In this document: positions 1 to 10,598 of the stretch, in pieces
Numbering within the stretch: position 1 is the first letter of the stretch
How the letters are laid out: each line of letters starts with the position of its first letter
Source of the DNA: Thermodesulfobacteriota bacterium
Lineage (GTDB): Bacteria; Desulfobacterota_D; UBA1144; Nemesobacterales; JAJCZQ01
Reading direction: 5' to 3'
Assembly: GCA_965203965.1 (NCBI GenBank)
Contig: CBDBDR010000017.1
Span: 992,001 to 1,056,000 of the forward strand
DNA: 64,000 nt
Position numbers and translations under genes: made by a program
Notes under the pieces: model-generated
The model's input: only the letters and a program-made list of their open reading frames with translations
The model's database searches: none
What the model was told of the DNA's origin: nothing

Positions 1-1
1 T

Positions 2-496
2 GAAGAATACGGAAAAGGGGTGACGGGAGGTAGTAAAGTCAAAGCTATCTCTCCGGGAGGGTCTTCCTCAGCAGTTTTGACCGCTGAGGATCTTGATATG
101 TCTCTTGATTTTGACACTATGGCAAAAGCAGGTTCAATGCTCGGAACTGCAGGGGTAACCGTCATGGATGAATCAGTTTGCATGGTTAGAGTTGCTCAGA
201 ATTTAGCTCATTTTTACAGGGACGAATCATGCGGGCAGTGCGTGCAATGCAGGGAAGGTACATGGTGGCTTGAAAAGATGTTGAGAGAGATTGAAGAGGG
301 AAAAGGTTCCTCGCAACATGTTGACACAATACTTGATGCCTGCTCCCAGATGAGAGGAACAACGATCTGTGCACTTGCTGACGGATGTGCAATGCCAGTT
401 GATTCCATCGTCAGAAAATTCAGGAACGAATTTGAAGAACACATCAAACAGGGTAAATGCCCGTTTGACAATCCTTACATGGGTGATTGGGATTAG
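2..496 (+). CDS. nuoF: NADH-quinone oxidoreductase subunit F, C-terminal part (gene starts before window)
   Basis: PGGSS, GSMLGTAG, ESCGQCVQCREG and TICALAD 4Fe-4S motifs; frame open from window edge. Confidence 0.95.
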   Translation, partial: EEYGKGVTGGSKVKAISPGGSSSAVLTAEDLDMSLDFDTMAKAGSMLGTAGVTVMDESVCMVRVAQNLAHFYRDESCGQCVQCREGTWWLEKMLREIEEGKGSSQHVDTILDACSQMRGTTICALADGCAMPVDSIVRKFRNEFEEHIKQGKCPFDNPYMGDWD

Positions 497-573
497 TTCG
501 TATTATTATATCTATTAACTCTGACATGATCTTTCTAAGAAAGACCTGACCCTTTTTGTAATTAACAACTAAA

Positions 574-1608
574 TTAAGGGCGCATTTTTAATATATTCTG
601 CTCCATAACTTTCGCAAAACCATCCGTTTTCAGCCCTCCTCCCAAATCCCGTGTCGTTTCACCTTTGGCAAGTGCAATATTATAAGCCTTTTTAATCCTC
701 TCCGCAGACCTCCTCATATTATCCAGACCCTCTGTATCAGCTATATAATTAAGCATCATCGCTCCCGACATTATGAGGGCAAGCGGATTTGCAATGTTTA
801 ATCCGGCAATATCGGGTGCCGATCCATGTACGGCTTCAAAAACCGCGGACTCGTCACCTATATTTGACCCTGGCACAACTCCGAGTCCTCCGACAAGTCC
901 TGCACACAAGTCGCTCACCACGTCTCCGTAAAAATTTTCAAGCAGCAGAACATCAAAACTGTTAGGATCTTGAACTAACTTCATGCATCCCGCATCCACA
1001 ATGTATTCCTCGTATTCAACATCCTTATATTCTTTACTGATTTTCTTAGATTGTGAGATGAAAAGACCATCTGTTATCTTCATTATATTGGCTTTATGGA
1101 ATACTGTTATCTTTTTCCTGTTTCTTTTTCTTGCATATTCAAATGCCCACTTTGCAATTCTGCTACATCCTTTCTCGGTCGCCACTTTCATACTCACCAT
1201 AACACCTGGGGAAATATTGCTCTCGGCTCCGCTGTATAAACCTTCCGTATTCTCTCTGATAATGACAACGTCAATGTCTGAAAATCTTGTTTTTACTCCA
1301 TTTAGGCTTCGGATAGGTCTTACCGCTGCATAAAGATCAAGGGCTTTACGCAAATAAACGTTTACGGATGCAAATCCACCTCCTATAGGTGTCATACATG
1401 GACCCTTGAGTGCGACTTTATGCTCTTTTATCGCATCCAGTGTATTTTGAGGAAGGAGTTGATTGTATTTTTCAAGCGCCGATACGCCTGCACTTCTCAC
1501 AACCCACTCAATATTGGCACCGGAAACTTCAATTACTCTTTTAGTCGCTTCAACTATTTCTGGGCCAATGCCGTCGCCGGGAATTAATACGATCTTTCTA
1601 ACACTCAT
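574..1608 (-). CDS. icd: Isocitrate/isopropylmalate dehydrogenase family, likely NAD-dependent isocitrate dehydrogenase
   Basis: IPGDGIGPEI, RENTEG, HKANIMK, FEAVHGSAPDIAG motifs. Confidence 0.85.
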   Translation of the reverse strand: MSVRKIVLIPGDGIGPEIVEATKRVIEVSGANIEWVVRSAGVSALEKYNQLLPQNTLDAIKEHKVALKGPCMTPIGGGFASVNVYLRKALDLYAAVRPIRSLNGVKTRFSDIDVVIIRENTEGLYSGAESNISPGVMVSMKVATEKGCSRIAKWAFEYARKRNRKKITVFHKANIMKITDGLFISQSKKISKEYKDVEYEEYIVDAGCMKLVQDPNSFDVLLLENFYGDVVSDLCAGLVGGLGVVPGSNIGDESAVFEAVHGSAPDIAGLNIANPLALIMSGAMMLNYIADTEGLDNMRRSAERIKKAYNIALAKGETTRDLGGGLKTDGFAKVMEQNILKMRP

Positions 1609-1658
1609 AATTAACCATAAGCCAAAAACTGCAAAAGCCCTCTATTACAGCTACGATA

Positions 1659-2132
1659 CTAATCTTTAATAAGGTTCTCAACGACACTGTCAACTTTTTC
1701 TGGAGTGAGATTCTCATAAAGAATATCATCAGCCAGCATAACGGGAGCAGTACCACAAGATGCAAGACATTCAGCTTCCATCAATGTTATTTTGCCGTCT
1801 TTGCTAGTCTCGCCCGTTTTGATTTTCAGCTTGTCGCACAGGTAATGCTCAACATGTTCTGCACCTCTTAACGCACATGACAACGTCCGACACACCCATA
1901 TAACGTGCTCCCCTTTTGGCTTTGTAAAAAACATCGTGTAAAAAGTGGCAACGTTCTGAATTTGGGAGGGCGGAATATCCAGCATTTTTGATACCTCTTC
2001 CATAGATTCTTTAGAAAGCCAACCGTGATGGTTTTGAACTTCCCTCAAGACAGGAATCAGTGACGATCGCTTAGTTTCATGCGTTTCTACTAAACGGTTT
2101 ATTTTTTCTATTAAGTCAATGGGAAAAGACAT
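1659..2132 (-). CDS. nuoE: NADH-quinone oxidoreductase subunit E
   Basis: VATFYTMF, VCRTLSC and ECLASCGTAP 2Fe-2S motifs. Confidence 0.93.
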   Translation of the reverse strand: MSFPIDLIEKINRLVETHETKRSSLIPVLREVQNHHGWLSKESMEEVSKMLDIPPSQIQNVATFYTMFFTKPKGEHVIWVCRTLSCALRGAEHVEHYLCDKLKIKTGETSKDGKITLMEAECLASCGTAPVMLADDILYENLTPEKVDSVVENLIKD

Positions 2133-2240
2133 ATGGTATTGCTGTTTGTTTGAAATATAATTTAGTTTATTAGGGTAACATGCTTTAATTTCATCTTCAA
2201 TGCTTGTAGTCTTACTCTATCAGTTGAAATAGAGAAAAAA

Positions 2241-2783
2241 ATGAACAAATCAGAACTTGGTTCAAAAACTGCAAAAGGCGGGTTTGCAAATGAAAAGGCA
2301 ATATGTGAGAAATTCAATAAATGGAAAGAAGATAAAGAAGTGAAAGAATGGCTTAAAGTGATGGGGTATGAGATTGAAAAGATTGATTCTGTAAAAGCAA
2401 TTCATATCCCGATCAGAATGAGAGAAAAAAATAAACGGGCAAATCCGTTGGGAAAGGTTCCCGATGATGTATGGAAGTTTCCAAGAGCCTGCAGCACTTT
2501 CAAGGAACGGGTGGATAATCACATGCCTGAAGAGTTGTTAGGATTGATAATAAAAGCCAGCTCTAAAGAGAATGATTTGGTATTAGACCCTTTTGGTGGA
2601 ACTGGAACAACAGCGGCAGCCGCCAAAAAACTGAAACGAAATTTCATAACGATAGAAATCTCAAAAGAGTATCATAAGGCTATATTAAACCGTCTAAATC
2701 TCACCAAGGAACAACAAGAACCCCACAGTAAAATCTCAGAGACACAGTATCAAAAAACACTGTTTACAGAAAATCTGGTTTGA
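2241..2783 (+). pseudogene. Chimeric R-M remnant: HinP1I-like endonuclease N-terminus fused in frame to the C-terminal half of a beta-class N4/N6 DNA methyltransferase
   Basis: N-term ELGSKTAKGGFANEK resembles R.HinP1I; C-term GKVPDDVW...VLDPFGGTGTT is MTase motif I region; no DPPY/SPPY motif IV. Confidence 0.75.
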
Positions 2784-2793
2784 TCTTTAACAA

Positions 2794-3360
2794 ATGGCTA
2801 AAAAAAGAATTACAAGGGTTTATACAAAAACAGGGGACAAAGGAGAAACTATGCTGGTCAGTGGTGAAAAGGTCAGGAAATCCTCTCCAAGAGTTGTGGC
2901 ATACGGGGACGTGGATGAACTGAATTCGGTAATTGGTATTGTTATCAGTTGCGCAAAAGATACCTCGCTAAAAAGCATTTTAAGGAATATACAGAACGAT
3001 CTTTTCATTCTCGGCGGCGACTTGGCAACTCCTCAGGATTTTAAAGGCAAGATTCCAAGAATTGAAGAGAAAATGGTTGAATGGATTGAAAAATACATAG
3101 ATGAATTTCACGAGGAAGTTGGAGATCTAAAGGAGTTCATTCTTCCATCTGGAGTTCATAGTGCGCCCTATGTACATTTAGCAAGAACCGTGTGCAGACG
3201 CGCAGAAAGAAACCTTGTAAGACTGTCTGACAATGAGCCGATAAATCCACTGGGAATAAACTACTTGAACAGACTTTCAGATCTGCTCTTTATGATGGCA
3301 AGAATAGAAAATAAAAGAGCTGGTAACAAGGAAACTCTAGTTGATTTCGGTAAAAAATGA
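2794..3360 (+). CDS. PduO-type cob(I)alamin adenosyltransferase
   Basis: VYTKTGDKGET, AYGDVDELNS, ARTVCRRAER, YLNRLSDLLF. Confidence 0.93.
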   Translation: MAKKRITRVYTKTGDKGETMLVSGEKVRKSSPRVVAYGDVDELNSVIGIVISCAKDTSLKSILRNIQNDLFILGGDLATPQDFKGKIPRIEEKMVEWIEKYIDEFHEEVGDLKEFILPSGVHSAPYVHLARTVCRRAERNLVRLSDNEPINPLGINYLNRLSDLLFMMARIENKRAGNKETLVDFGKK

Positions 3361-3363
3361 ACA

Positions 3364-6003
3364 ATGACTAAAAATATCTCAAACTCCAAAAAGTTGTCCA
3401 AAGATGAAATCATTGAACAATTTAACAGGTCAAACTCACACCTATATAAAAAACATAAAAAACAAAGAAAACATAAATCCAGTTTCGGTCTTGAACTTTG
3501 TAGAGAAAGATCAAAAATACGTGACGAGCTGATTACCCGGTTCTCGGAAAATTTTGGCTTCAGTGAACTTAAAGGTGTTTCAATAGTGGCAATAGGGGGA
3601 TACGGACGTTATGAACTCTGCCCTCATTCGGATATTGACCTTCTGTTCCTTTACAAAAAAGGAACAAAATCACTTGTTAAAGAATTGGTGGAAAAACTGG
3701 TCTATTTTTTATGGGATTTAAAACTTGATATTGGACACTCCGTAAGAACCATAGAAGAATGTAAAAGTCTGTCTTATGATGAAGATACGACGGTTCTGAC
3801 TTCCATGATGGATTGCCATCACATACACGGTGATGAATCCTTGCACTTCAAGTTGAATGAGACAATCTATAACCAGGTTCTTCCAAAAATCTCCAACAAA
3901 TTCATAGAGCGTAAACTGGATGAAATTGAAAGACGAGTTAAAAAATTTGGCAGTTCTGTATATCTACTTGAGCCTAACATTAAAGAAGGCGAAGGTGGTC
4001 TGAGGGATTTACAGTCGGCACTTTGGATTGCACAAGCAAAATTCAAGGTTAGAAATTTACACGGTCTATTAGAAAAGGGAATTATCAACTCAAAGGAATA
4101 TCGTGTAATTGAAAGATTGCATAACTTTTTTCTTTCAATCAGGTCCGAGTTGCATTACCAGACGGGCAAGAGGGAAGACAGGCTGGGTTTTGAACTTCAG
4201 GAAAAATTAGCGGAAATGTTTGAATATCAGGATTCAAAATTCAAAGCAGTAGAAAAATTCATGAGAGTGTACTACCTGAGAGCCAGATTATGCCACTTGC
4301 ACTCAAGGAAGATAATTGATGAATGTGTAAAAACCACAACCGGCGCCTGGAATTTTTTCAAAAAGCCAAAGCAACTGGATCACAATTTCATTATAAAGGA
4401 AGGCTGTCTATCCACAGCAAACAAAAATATATTCAAAGAAGACCCTATTAACCTTATCCGTGCTTTTGAATATATAGATAAATACAACCTCAGAATGACC
4501 AACCATCTCAGGTGGATGATATGGGAAAATACGAGGCTAATAGATGATAACATTAGAATAAACAAGGATTTTAACAACATTTTTCTGAGAATACTAAAAC
4601 ACGGGAAAAATGTTGCAAATGTGCTTTTTCTAATGAACGAATTGAGAGTGCTTGCACACTACATACCCGAATTTGGGAAAATAGTATGCATGGTTCAACA
4701 CAATGCATACCACGTCTATACGGTTGATGTTCATTCTATAATGGTGGTTCAGGAGATGGAAAAACTCGTAAAATACAAATACGAAGAAGAATTTCAACTT
4801 CTGACCAAAGTTGCTGAATCCGTTATAAAGCGCGACGTTCTTTACCTTGCGGGACTTTTCCACGATATAGGAAAAGGATTAGGCAAAAATCATTCTGAGA
4901 AAGGAGCTGTAATAACAGCAAAAATTGCTGAAAGAATGGGTTTAGACAATAGAGATGTAAAACAGCTTGAGTTTTTGGTAAGGCACCACGTTATCATGTC
5001 TGACCTGTCTCAAAGGAGAGACATTCACGACTTAAGCATGATAGAAAGACTTACCCACATGCTGAGAAGTATGGAAACCCTGAATCTCCTTTACTTATTG
5101 ACGTTTGCTGACATAAGATCAGTAGGTCCCGAAGTCTGGACAACATGGAAAGACATGCTACTCAAAGAACTTTATTTAAGAACTTCAAAATGTTTTGAGG
5201 CGAGTGCTGATTACACGGGTAAATCAATTAGAGAAAGGCGCAACTACGTAATAGGTAAAACACTTAATATTGTAGAAAATGAAATAACAAAAGAAGAACT
5301 CTGTAATTTTATTGATAAAATGCCCGTTTCTTACCTTTACGCACATACCCCAAAATCCATAGCTAATCACGTCAGGATTGCAAGTAAAGCTGTATCGGAA
5401 ATTACTACCGGACTGGTGCATTATCCAAAAGAGGATTATGATGAATTTATTTTCTGGGGGAAGGATGAAAAAGGTCTTATATACAAAATCTGCGGTGTGT
5501 TGAGTTCAAGCAACGTGAATATACTGGGTGCCAGAATAACAACGACAAAGGACGGTCGTGCGCTGGATGTGTTTTATGTTAATAAACTGGGAAGATCAAC
5601 ATCCGACCAGCAAAATGGAATGTGGAAAAAAATAGACTCAAAAGCAAAAGACGTTCTTGAAGGCAATCTCAGTGTGGATGAGTTGGTTAAAAAACAAATG
5701 TCTGACCAACCCTTGTTCCAGAAAACCACCCCGAGACACCCTCCTGAAATTGAGATTGACAACGACTCGTCAGAACATTCCACTGTAATTGATATTTACG
5801 CTCATGACCGCACGGGACTGCTTTATAATATTACAAAGAGGCTGAACAAACTCGGACTTAACATAAACTATGCCAAAATATCAACAAAGGCAGATCAGGC
5901 AGCAGATGTGTTCTATGTATCTGACAAAAAAGGCGAAAAAATTTTTGATAGCAAGCGTATAGACAAAATAAAAAATGCTTTGATGGAATCTTTGATGAAT
6001 TGA
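3364..6003 (+). CDS. glnD: [Protein-PII] uridylyltransferase
   Basis: AIGGYGR..L.PHSDIDLL, NIKEGEGGLRD, HD domain (HVYTVDVH, LFHDIGKG), two C-terminal ACT domains. Confidence 0.96.
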   Translation: MTKNISNSKKLSKDEIIEQFNRSNSHLYKKHKKQRKHKSSFGLELCRERSKIRDELITRFSENFGFSELKGVSIVAIGGYGRYELCPHSDIDLLFLYKKGTKSLVKELVEKLVYFLWDLKLDIGHSVRTIEECKSLSYDEDTTVLTSMMDCHHIHGDESLHFKLNETIYNQVLPKISNKFIERKLDEIERRVKKFGSSVYLLEPNIKEGEGGLRDLQSALWIAQAKFKVRNLHGLLEKGIINSKEYRVIERLHNFFLSIRSELHYQTGKREDRLGFELQEKLAEMFEYQDSKFKAVEKFMRVYYLRARLCHLHSRKIIDECVKTTTGAWNFFKKPKQLDHNFIIKEGCLSTANKNIFKEDPINLIRAFEYIDKYNLRMTNHLRWMIWENTRLIDDNIRINKDFNNIFLRILKHGKNVANVLFLMNELRVLAHYIPEFGKIVCMVQHNAYHVYTVDVHSIMVVQEMEKLVKYKYEEEFQLLTKVAESVIKRDVLYLAGLFHDIGKGLGKNHSEKGAVITAKIAERMGLDNRDVKQLEFLVRHHVIMSDLSQRRDIHDLSMIERLTHMLRSMETLNLLYLLTFADIRSVGPEVWTTWKDMLLKELYLRTSKCFEASADYTGKSIRERRNYVIGKTLNIVENEITKEELCNFIDKMPVSYLYAHTPKSIANHVRIASKAVSEITTGLVHYPKEDYDEFIFWGKDEKGLIYKICGVLSSSNVNILGARITTTKDGRALDVFYVNKLGRSTSDQQNGMWKKIDSKAKDVLEGNLSVDELVKKQMSDQPLFQKTTPRHPPEIEIDNDSSEHSTVIDIYAHDRTGLLYNITKRLNKLGLNINYAKISTKADQAADVFYVSDKKGEKIFDSKRIDKIKNALMESLMN

Positions 6004-6024
6004 TATTTTTTAAATTGATAGCAC

Positions 6025-7617
6025 ATGACCCGCAGTTTGGATTTTTCAGAATTAAACACTGATTTTTTGATCATTGGCAGCGGCATAGCTGGGCTTTATG
6101 CTGCTAATTACGCATCTGACTATGGAGACGTGATTGTCGTTACTAAGTCAACACTTGTTGAGAGTAATTCCTACTGGGCGCAGGGTGGAATTGCAGCAGC
6201 AATTGATCCTGAAGATTCAGCCGTTTTTCATAAACAAGATACAATCAACGCCGGTGATGGACTTTGTAATACCGAAGCAGTTGACATACTTGTCAAAGAG
6301 GGAGTAGAGAGGGTTTTGGATCTTATTCAACTTGGCATGAAGTTTGATTCTGATGAAGAAGGACTTGTTTTCGGTTTGGAAGGAGGACATTCTAAACGAC
6401 GCGTTTTACACGCCGGGGGTAATGCAACCGGAGAAAAAATAGTGAATTTTCTCATATCATCCGTAACCAATAATCCAAAGATACGATTGTTTGAGCTCAC
6501 AACAATTACAGACCTTGTATCCGATGGCAGCCAATGCTCTGGTGCATGGGCATACAATCAGAATAATTTGAAATATATCCTGATCAGATCAAATTCAACA
6601 ATACTGGCAACAGGTGGAGCCTCAGCACTTTTTAAGCCTACCACGAACCCCGAGGGCTCAACAGGTGAAGGAATTGACCTCGGACACAGAGCAGGTGCAG
6701 AAATTATGGACATGGAGTTTATCCAATTTCATCCAACCGCATTTTACTCAGAAGAAGGAAAAACGTTTTTAATTACGGAGGCAGTTAGAGGAGAAGGAGC
6801 ACACCTTGTCAACACCAAAGGCAAAAGATTCATGCAAAATTATCATAATCTGGGAGAACTGGCGTCCAGAGATGTGGTATCCAAAGTAATTTTCAATGAG
6901 ATCAAACAATCGGACCATAAATGTGTTTACCTCTCATTAAAACACCTTAATAGTGATTATGTAAAGAAAAGATTTGCCAATATATATGATCTATGTTTGA
7001 AAAACGGCTATGACCTAACATCCGATCTAATCCCTGTTGCACCTGCGGCTCATTATACAATTGGGGGAATCAAAACCGGACTTAAAGGGGAAACCAATTT
7101 GAATGGCCTTTTTGCCTGCGGTGAGGTTGCATGTACTGGAGTGCACGGGGCAAATAGACTTGCGAGCAACTCTCTTTTGGAATGCATGGTATTTGCAAAA
7201 AGAGCAATTGATGGATACTTAAAACAGAAAGTCAAAACAGACATATGTTTAACGCCTGAACTTCCAATCTTAATTTATTCCAAACGAGGAGAGAACCGGA
7301 AGATATTCAATGTATTAAACAATAGGATACTGAACCAGAACAATAAAAAACTTGGCATAGTAAGGGATGGTGAAGCGATAAATTCACATCTCAAAGAGCT
7401 TGGGGATATAAAAGAGCAAGCAGAACAATTGGTCGGTTGGTTTAGATATAAAATTTCCAGTATGGTGAACGTAAGCACACTGATCGCAAGATCAGCATTA
7501 GCCAGACGGGAATCCAGAGGGTCTAACGTAAGAGCTGATTTTCCAGATAAAAATCAGGAACTTAAAGTCCATATTGGTATTAAAAAAAATTCCAAACCTT
7601 ATAAAATAGACCTCTAA
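6025..7617 (+). CDS. nadB: L-aspartate oxidase
   Basis: GSGIAG, WAQGGIAA, EGGHSKRRVLH, QFHPT, GVHGANRLASNSLLE; next to nadC/nadA. Confidence 0.95.
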   Translation: MTRSLDFSELNTDFLIIGSGIAGLYAANYASDYGDVIVVTKSTLVESNSYWAQGGIAAAIDPEDSAVFHKQDTINAGDGLCNTEAVDILVKEGVERVLDLIQLGMKFDSDEEGLVFGLEGGHSKRRVLHAGGNATGEKIVNFLISSVTNNPKIRLFELTTITDLVSDGSQCSGAWAYNQNNLKYILIRSNSTILATGGASALFKPTTNPEGSTGEGIDLGHRAGAEIMDMEFIQFHPTAFYSEEGKTFLITEAVRGEGAHLVNTKGKRFMQNYHNLGELASRDVVSKVIFNEIKQSDHKCVYLSLKHLNSDYVKKRFANIYDLCLKNGYDLTSDLIPVAPAAHYTIGGIKTGLKGETNLNGLFACGEVACTGVHGANRLASNSLLECMVFAKRAIDGYLKQKVKTDICLTPELPILIYSKRGENRKIFNVLNNRILNQNNKKLGIVRDGEAINSHLKELGDIKEQAEQLVGWFRYKISSMVNVSTLIARSALARRESRGSNVRADFPDKNQELKVHIGIKKNSKPYKIDL

Positions 7618-7694
7618 CCCTTTGCTTAACTCAAACCACAAAGAAAGGTTTATATTTACGGTTAAAAGGTCAAGTTGTATAATACATTCTCACA

Positions 7695-8540
7695 GTGAGA
7701 AATATTGATTTGCAATGGTCTGAAGTTGAAAAAATTATTGACCTAGCACTTGAAGAGGATATAGGTAAGGGAGACCTCACCACAGAATTGCTTTTTCCAG
7801 ATGACATCGAGTGTCATGCTGTGATCAGATGTAAGGAAAAAGGCATATTGGCAGGACTCCCCGTTGCAAATTCAGTGTTCAGAAAGCTGGACAGTTCGGT
7901 TGAGTTTTCAGAATCCAAGAAGGATGGGGATATCATCAAAACCGGCGACGTAATAGTCAAGATAAGAGGATCCCAGAAAAGTATTCTCACAGGCGAGCGG
8001 CTGGCGCTTAACATAATACAAAGGCTCAGTGGTATAGCAACAACTACATCCAAATACGTACAAGCCGTAGAAGGGTACAACGTTAGGATACTTGATACAA
8101 GAAAGACCCTTCCGGGTATGAGGACACTGAGCAAATATGCCGTAAGCATAGGAGGGGGAGAGAATCACAGAATAGGATTGTTTGACGGGATATTGGTAAA
8201 AGATAACCACATCAAACTGGCAGGAGGAATAAAAAAAGCAGTTGAAAGAATTAAGCGGAGTTCAAGTCCTAGTCAAAGAATTGAGGTTGAAACATCAAAT
8301 ATAGATCAGGTAAGGCAGTCCCTGGAAGCAGGAGCAGATATTATAATGCTTGATAATATGTCAGATGATTTGATTAAAGAGGCAGTGAGCTTGATAGGAA
8401 AAAGAGCATTGATAGAAGCTTCAGGCGGTATTACTTTAAACAGAGTAAGAAAAGTAGCAGAATCTGGAGTGGATTTTATTTCAATAGGCGCTTTAACCCA
8501 TTCCGCACAGGCTTTAGATATAAACCTTGATATGGTATAA
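7695..8540 (+). CDS. nadC: Nicotinate-nucleotide diphosphorylase (carboxylating)
   Basis: ILDTRKT.PG, NHRIGL.D, KDNH, IMLDN, EASGG. Confidence 0.96.
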   Translation: MRNIDLQWSEVEKIIDLALEEDIGKGDLTTELLFPDDIECHAVIRCKEKGILAGLPVANSVFRKLDSSVEFSESKKDGDIIKTGDVIVKIRGSQKSILTGERLALNIIQRLSGIATTTSKYVQAVEGYNVRILDTRKTLPGMRTLSKYAVSIGGGENHRIGLFDGILVKDNHIKLAGGIKKAVERIKRSSSPSQRIEVETSNIDQVRQSLEAGADIIMLDNMSDDLIKEAVSLIGKRALIEASGGITLNRVRKVAESGVDFISIGALTHSAQALDINLDMV

Positions 8541-8564
8541 TATGCAGGCAATAACCATGATAAA

Positions 8565-9512
8565 ATGAAAGACATAATTAAAGAAATAAATGAGTTAAGA
8601 AAGTATAAAAAAGCCGTTATTCTTGCACACAACTACCAACTTCCCGAAGTGCAGGATATTGCAGATTACGTTGGTGATTCACTTGGATTATCTCGTCAAG
8701 CAGCAAATACTGATTCCGAGATAATAGTTTTTTGTGGGGTTCATTTTATGGCTGAAACAGCCTGCATAATATCCCCAGGCAAGAAAGTTTTAATTCCCGA
8801 CCTCGGTGCTGGATGCTCTCTTGCCGACACCATAAACTTGGAGCAACTAAGGGAATGGAAAAATGAGCATCCCGGCGCAGTGGTTGTTTCTTACGTAAAC
8901 ACATCCGCTGAGGTAAAATCCGAGACCGATTACTGTGTTACTTCATCAAACGCAGTGCAAGTTGTGAAGGCAATTCCGGAGGACAGAAAAATACTGTTTT
9001 TGCCCGATATGTTTCTTGGTGCCTATGTGGCTAAAGTAACGGGAAGAAAAATTCAGATCTGGCCTGGAGAGTGTCACGTTCATTCCAAGATAAATTCCGG
9101 AGACATACAATCTGCAAAGGAAGAACACCCCGATGCGGATATTCTTGTTCATCCCGAATGTGGTTGTACAACAACCTACCTCTATCAAAAAGTGGACGAT
9201 GAAAACAATTTACCCAAAGACATAAGATTTCTATCCACGGATGGAATGATTCGGCACGGTATTGATTCCGAAGCAGATGAGTTCATTGTCGCAACGGAGA
9301 CCGGCATCCTTCACAGGATGAAAAAAGAAAACCCGGGTAAAAATTTCTTTCCAGCAAATAAAAACGCCGTCTGCGAATATATGAAGATGATAACAATTGA
9401 AAAAGTCCTGCACTCACTCCGAGAAGAAGTGTATGAAGTTCAGGTGCCGGGCGAAATTGCAGTAAGAGCTAAGAAATCAATTGACAGAATGCTTGATATA
9501 TCACGGGTTTAA
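8565..9512 (+). CDS. nadA: Quinolinate synthase
   Basis: LAHNYQ, FCGVHFMAE, AGCSLAD, YVNTSA, HPEC. Confidence 0.96.
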   Translation: MKDIIKEINELRKYKKAVILAHNYQLPEVQDIADYVGDSLGLSRQAANTDSEIIVFCGVHFMAETACIISPGKKVLIPDLGAGCSLADTINLEQLREWKNEHPGAVVVSYVNTSAEVKSETDYCVTSSNAVQVVKAIPEDRKILFLPDMFLGAYVAKVTGRKIQIWPGECHVHSKINSGDIQSAKEEHPDADILVHPECGCTTTYLYQKVDDENNLPKDIRFLSTDGMIRHGIDSEADEFIVATETGILHRMKKENPGKNFFPANKNAVCEYMKMITIEKVLHSLREEVYEVQVPGEIAVRAKKSIDRMLDISRV

Positions 9513-9559
9513 TTTGGATTCTCTTGCCTATGGTCAAATCAGGGATGTCCTCTAAGAGA

Positions 9560-9710
9560 AACTAGCAAAGGGGAAATTATACAACTCCGTCAGGTTTTGC
9601 CCGACACCACTACTAAATTCCTACCTCTGCAGGAACAACGTCTTTATTCCCTTCGTTGTCCCTGTGACAGAGTCAGTGGGATTGTATCAGGTCACTTTGC
9701 CTCTAAGTTC
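9560..9710 (-). ncRNA. Putative structured RNA (long rod with side hairpin; 6S-like is one hypothesis)
   Basis: Nested helices GCAAAG/CUUUGC, AUACAA/UUGUAU, CCACUG/UAGUGG, CUCUG/CAGAG, CAGGGACAACG/CGUUGUUCCUG plus hairpin GUCGGG-CAAAA-CCUGAC; G-U pairs work only on minus strand. Confidence 0.5.
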
Positions 9711-9719
9711 AAACGGCTA

Positions 9720-10598
9720 TCAATCCGCTAGCCTGTGCCAACCCGATATTCCTTTTAACAAAAAAATGTCTATATCGTTATTTGATGACAGGTAGTTATA
9801 TAATTCTTTAGCGGGTCTATCTTTCCTAAATACGGCAAAAATACAGGATCCGCTTCCAGACATTATTACCGATTTTGAGTCCAGTGATTGCATTAGCTTT
9901 TTGTATTTCTCCAGAGATGGACAAATACTAAAGGCCGGTCGTTCCAAGTCGTTGAATACAAACAACTCCGATATGGTGTTAGAAAAATTCCGAATCAACT
10001 CTTCAAATTCAGACTTCTCATCACTGTATTTAGAATTTAAGTTGTCCCATTTTTTGTAAACTTCCCAAGTTGAAATTGCAAATCTGGGATAAATAACCAC
10101 GTAATGAAAGACCGGAAAATTTTTAAGAGTTGTAACTTTTTCTCCTATTCCTTTAACAAATGCTGATCTGCATCTTATGAAAAATACCACATCTGCACCA
10201 AGCTCCAAAGATATCTCCATGAGCTCATTTTCATTCAAAATATTCAAAAGGCGGTTTAATCCGACCAATACTGCCGCCGCATTAGAGCTGCCACCGCCAA
10301 GACCAGCCCCTATGGGAATCACCTTATCAATTGAAATGATTATCTTCTTTCTGGTTCCGCTTCTCTTGAGATATAATTGTGCTGCCTTGTAAGCCAGATT
10401 GTCTTTTTCTCTTGGGATTTTTATGCCCCGCAAATTCAGTAGAATCTCATCTCCATTCTCAACTTCTATCTTCACAATATCAAAAAGGTCTACCGGCTGC
10501 ATTATAGATTCTATTTCGTGATAACCGTCGGTTCTTTTTCCTTGCACTTTGAGGGTTAGGTTGACCTTTGCGGGTGATAGTAAGGTTATGGACTTCAT
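9720..10598 (-). CDS. ispE: 4-diphosphocytidyl-2-C-methyl-D-erythritol kinase
   Basis: SPAKVNL, DGYHEI, IPIGAGLGGGSSNAA, MSGSGS. Confidence 0.95.
   Translation of the reverse strand: MKSITLLSPAKVNLTLKVQGKRTDGYHEIESIMQPVDLFDIVKIEVENGDEILLNLRGIKIPREKDNLAYKAAQLYLKRSGTRKKIIISIDKVIPIGAGLGGGSSNAAAVLVGLNRLLNILNENELMEISLELGADVVFFIRCRSAFVKGIGEKVTTLKNFPVFHYVVIYPRFAISTWEVYKKWDNLNSKYSDEKSEFEELIRNFSNTISELFVFNDLERPAFSICPSLEKYKKLMQSLDSKSVIMSGSGSCIFAVFRKDRPAKELYNYLSSNNDIDIFLLKGISGWHRLAD

Noticed and set aside
541..557. GACCTGACCC motif resembling ends found near REP-associated transposases
   Set aside because: Single short match with no partner or transposase.
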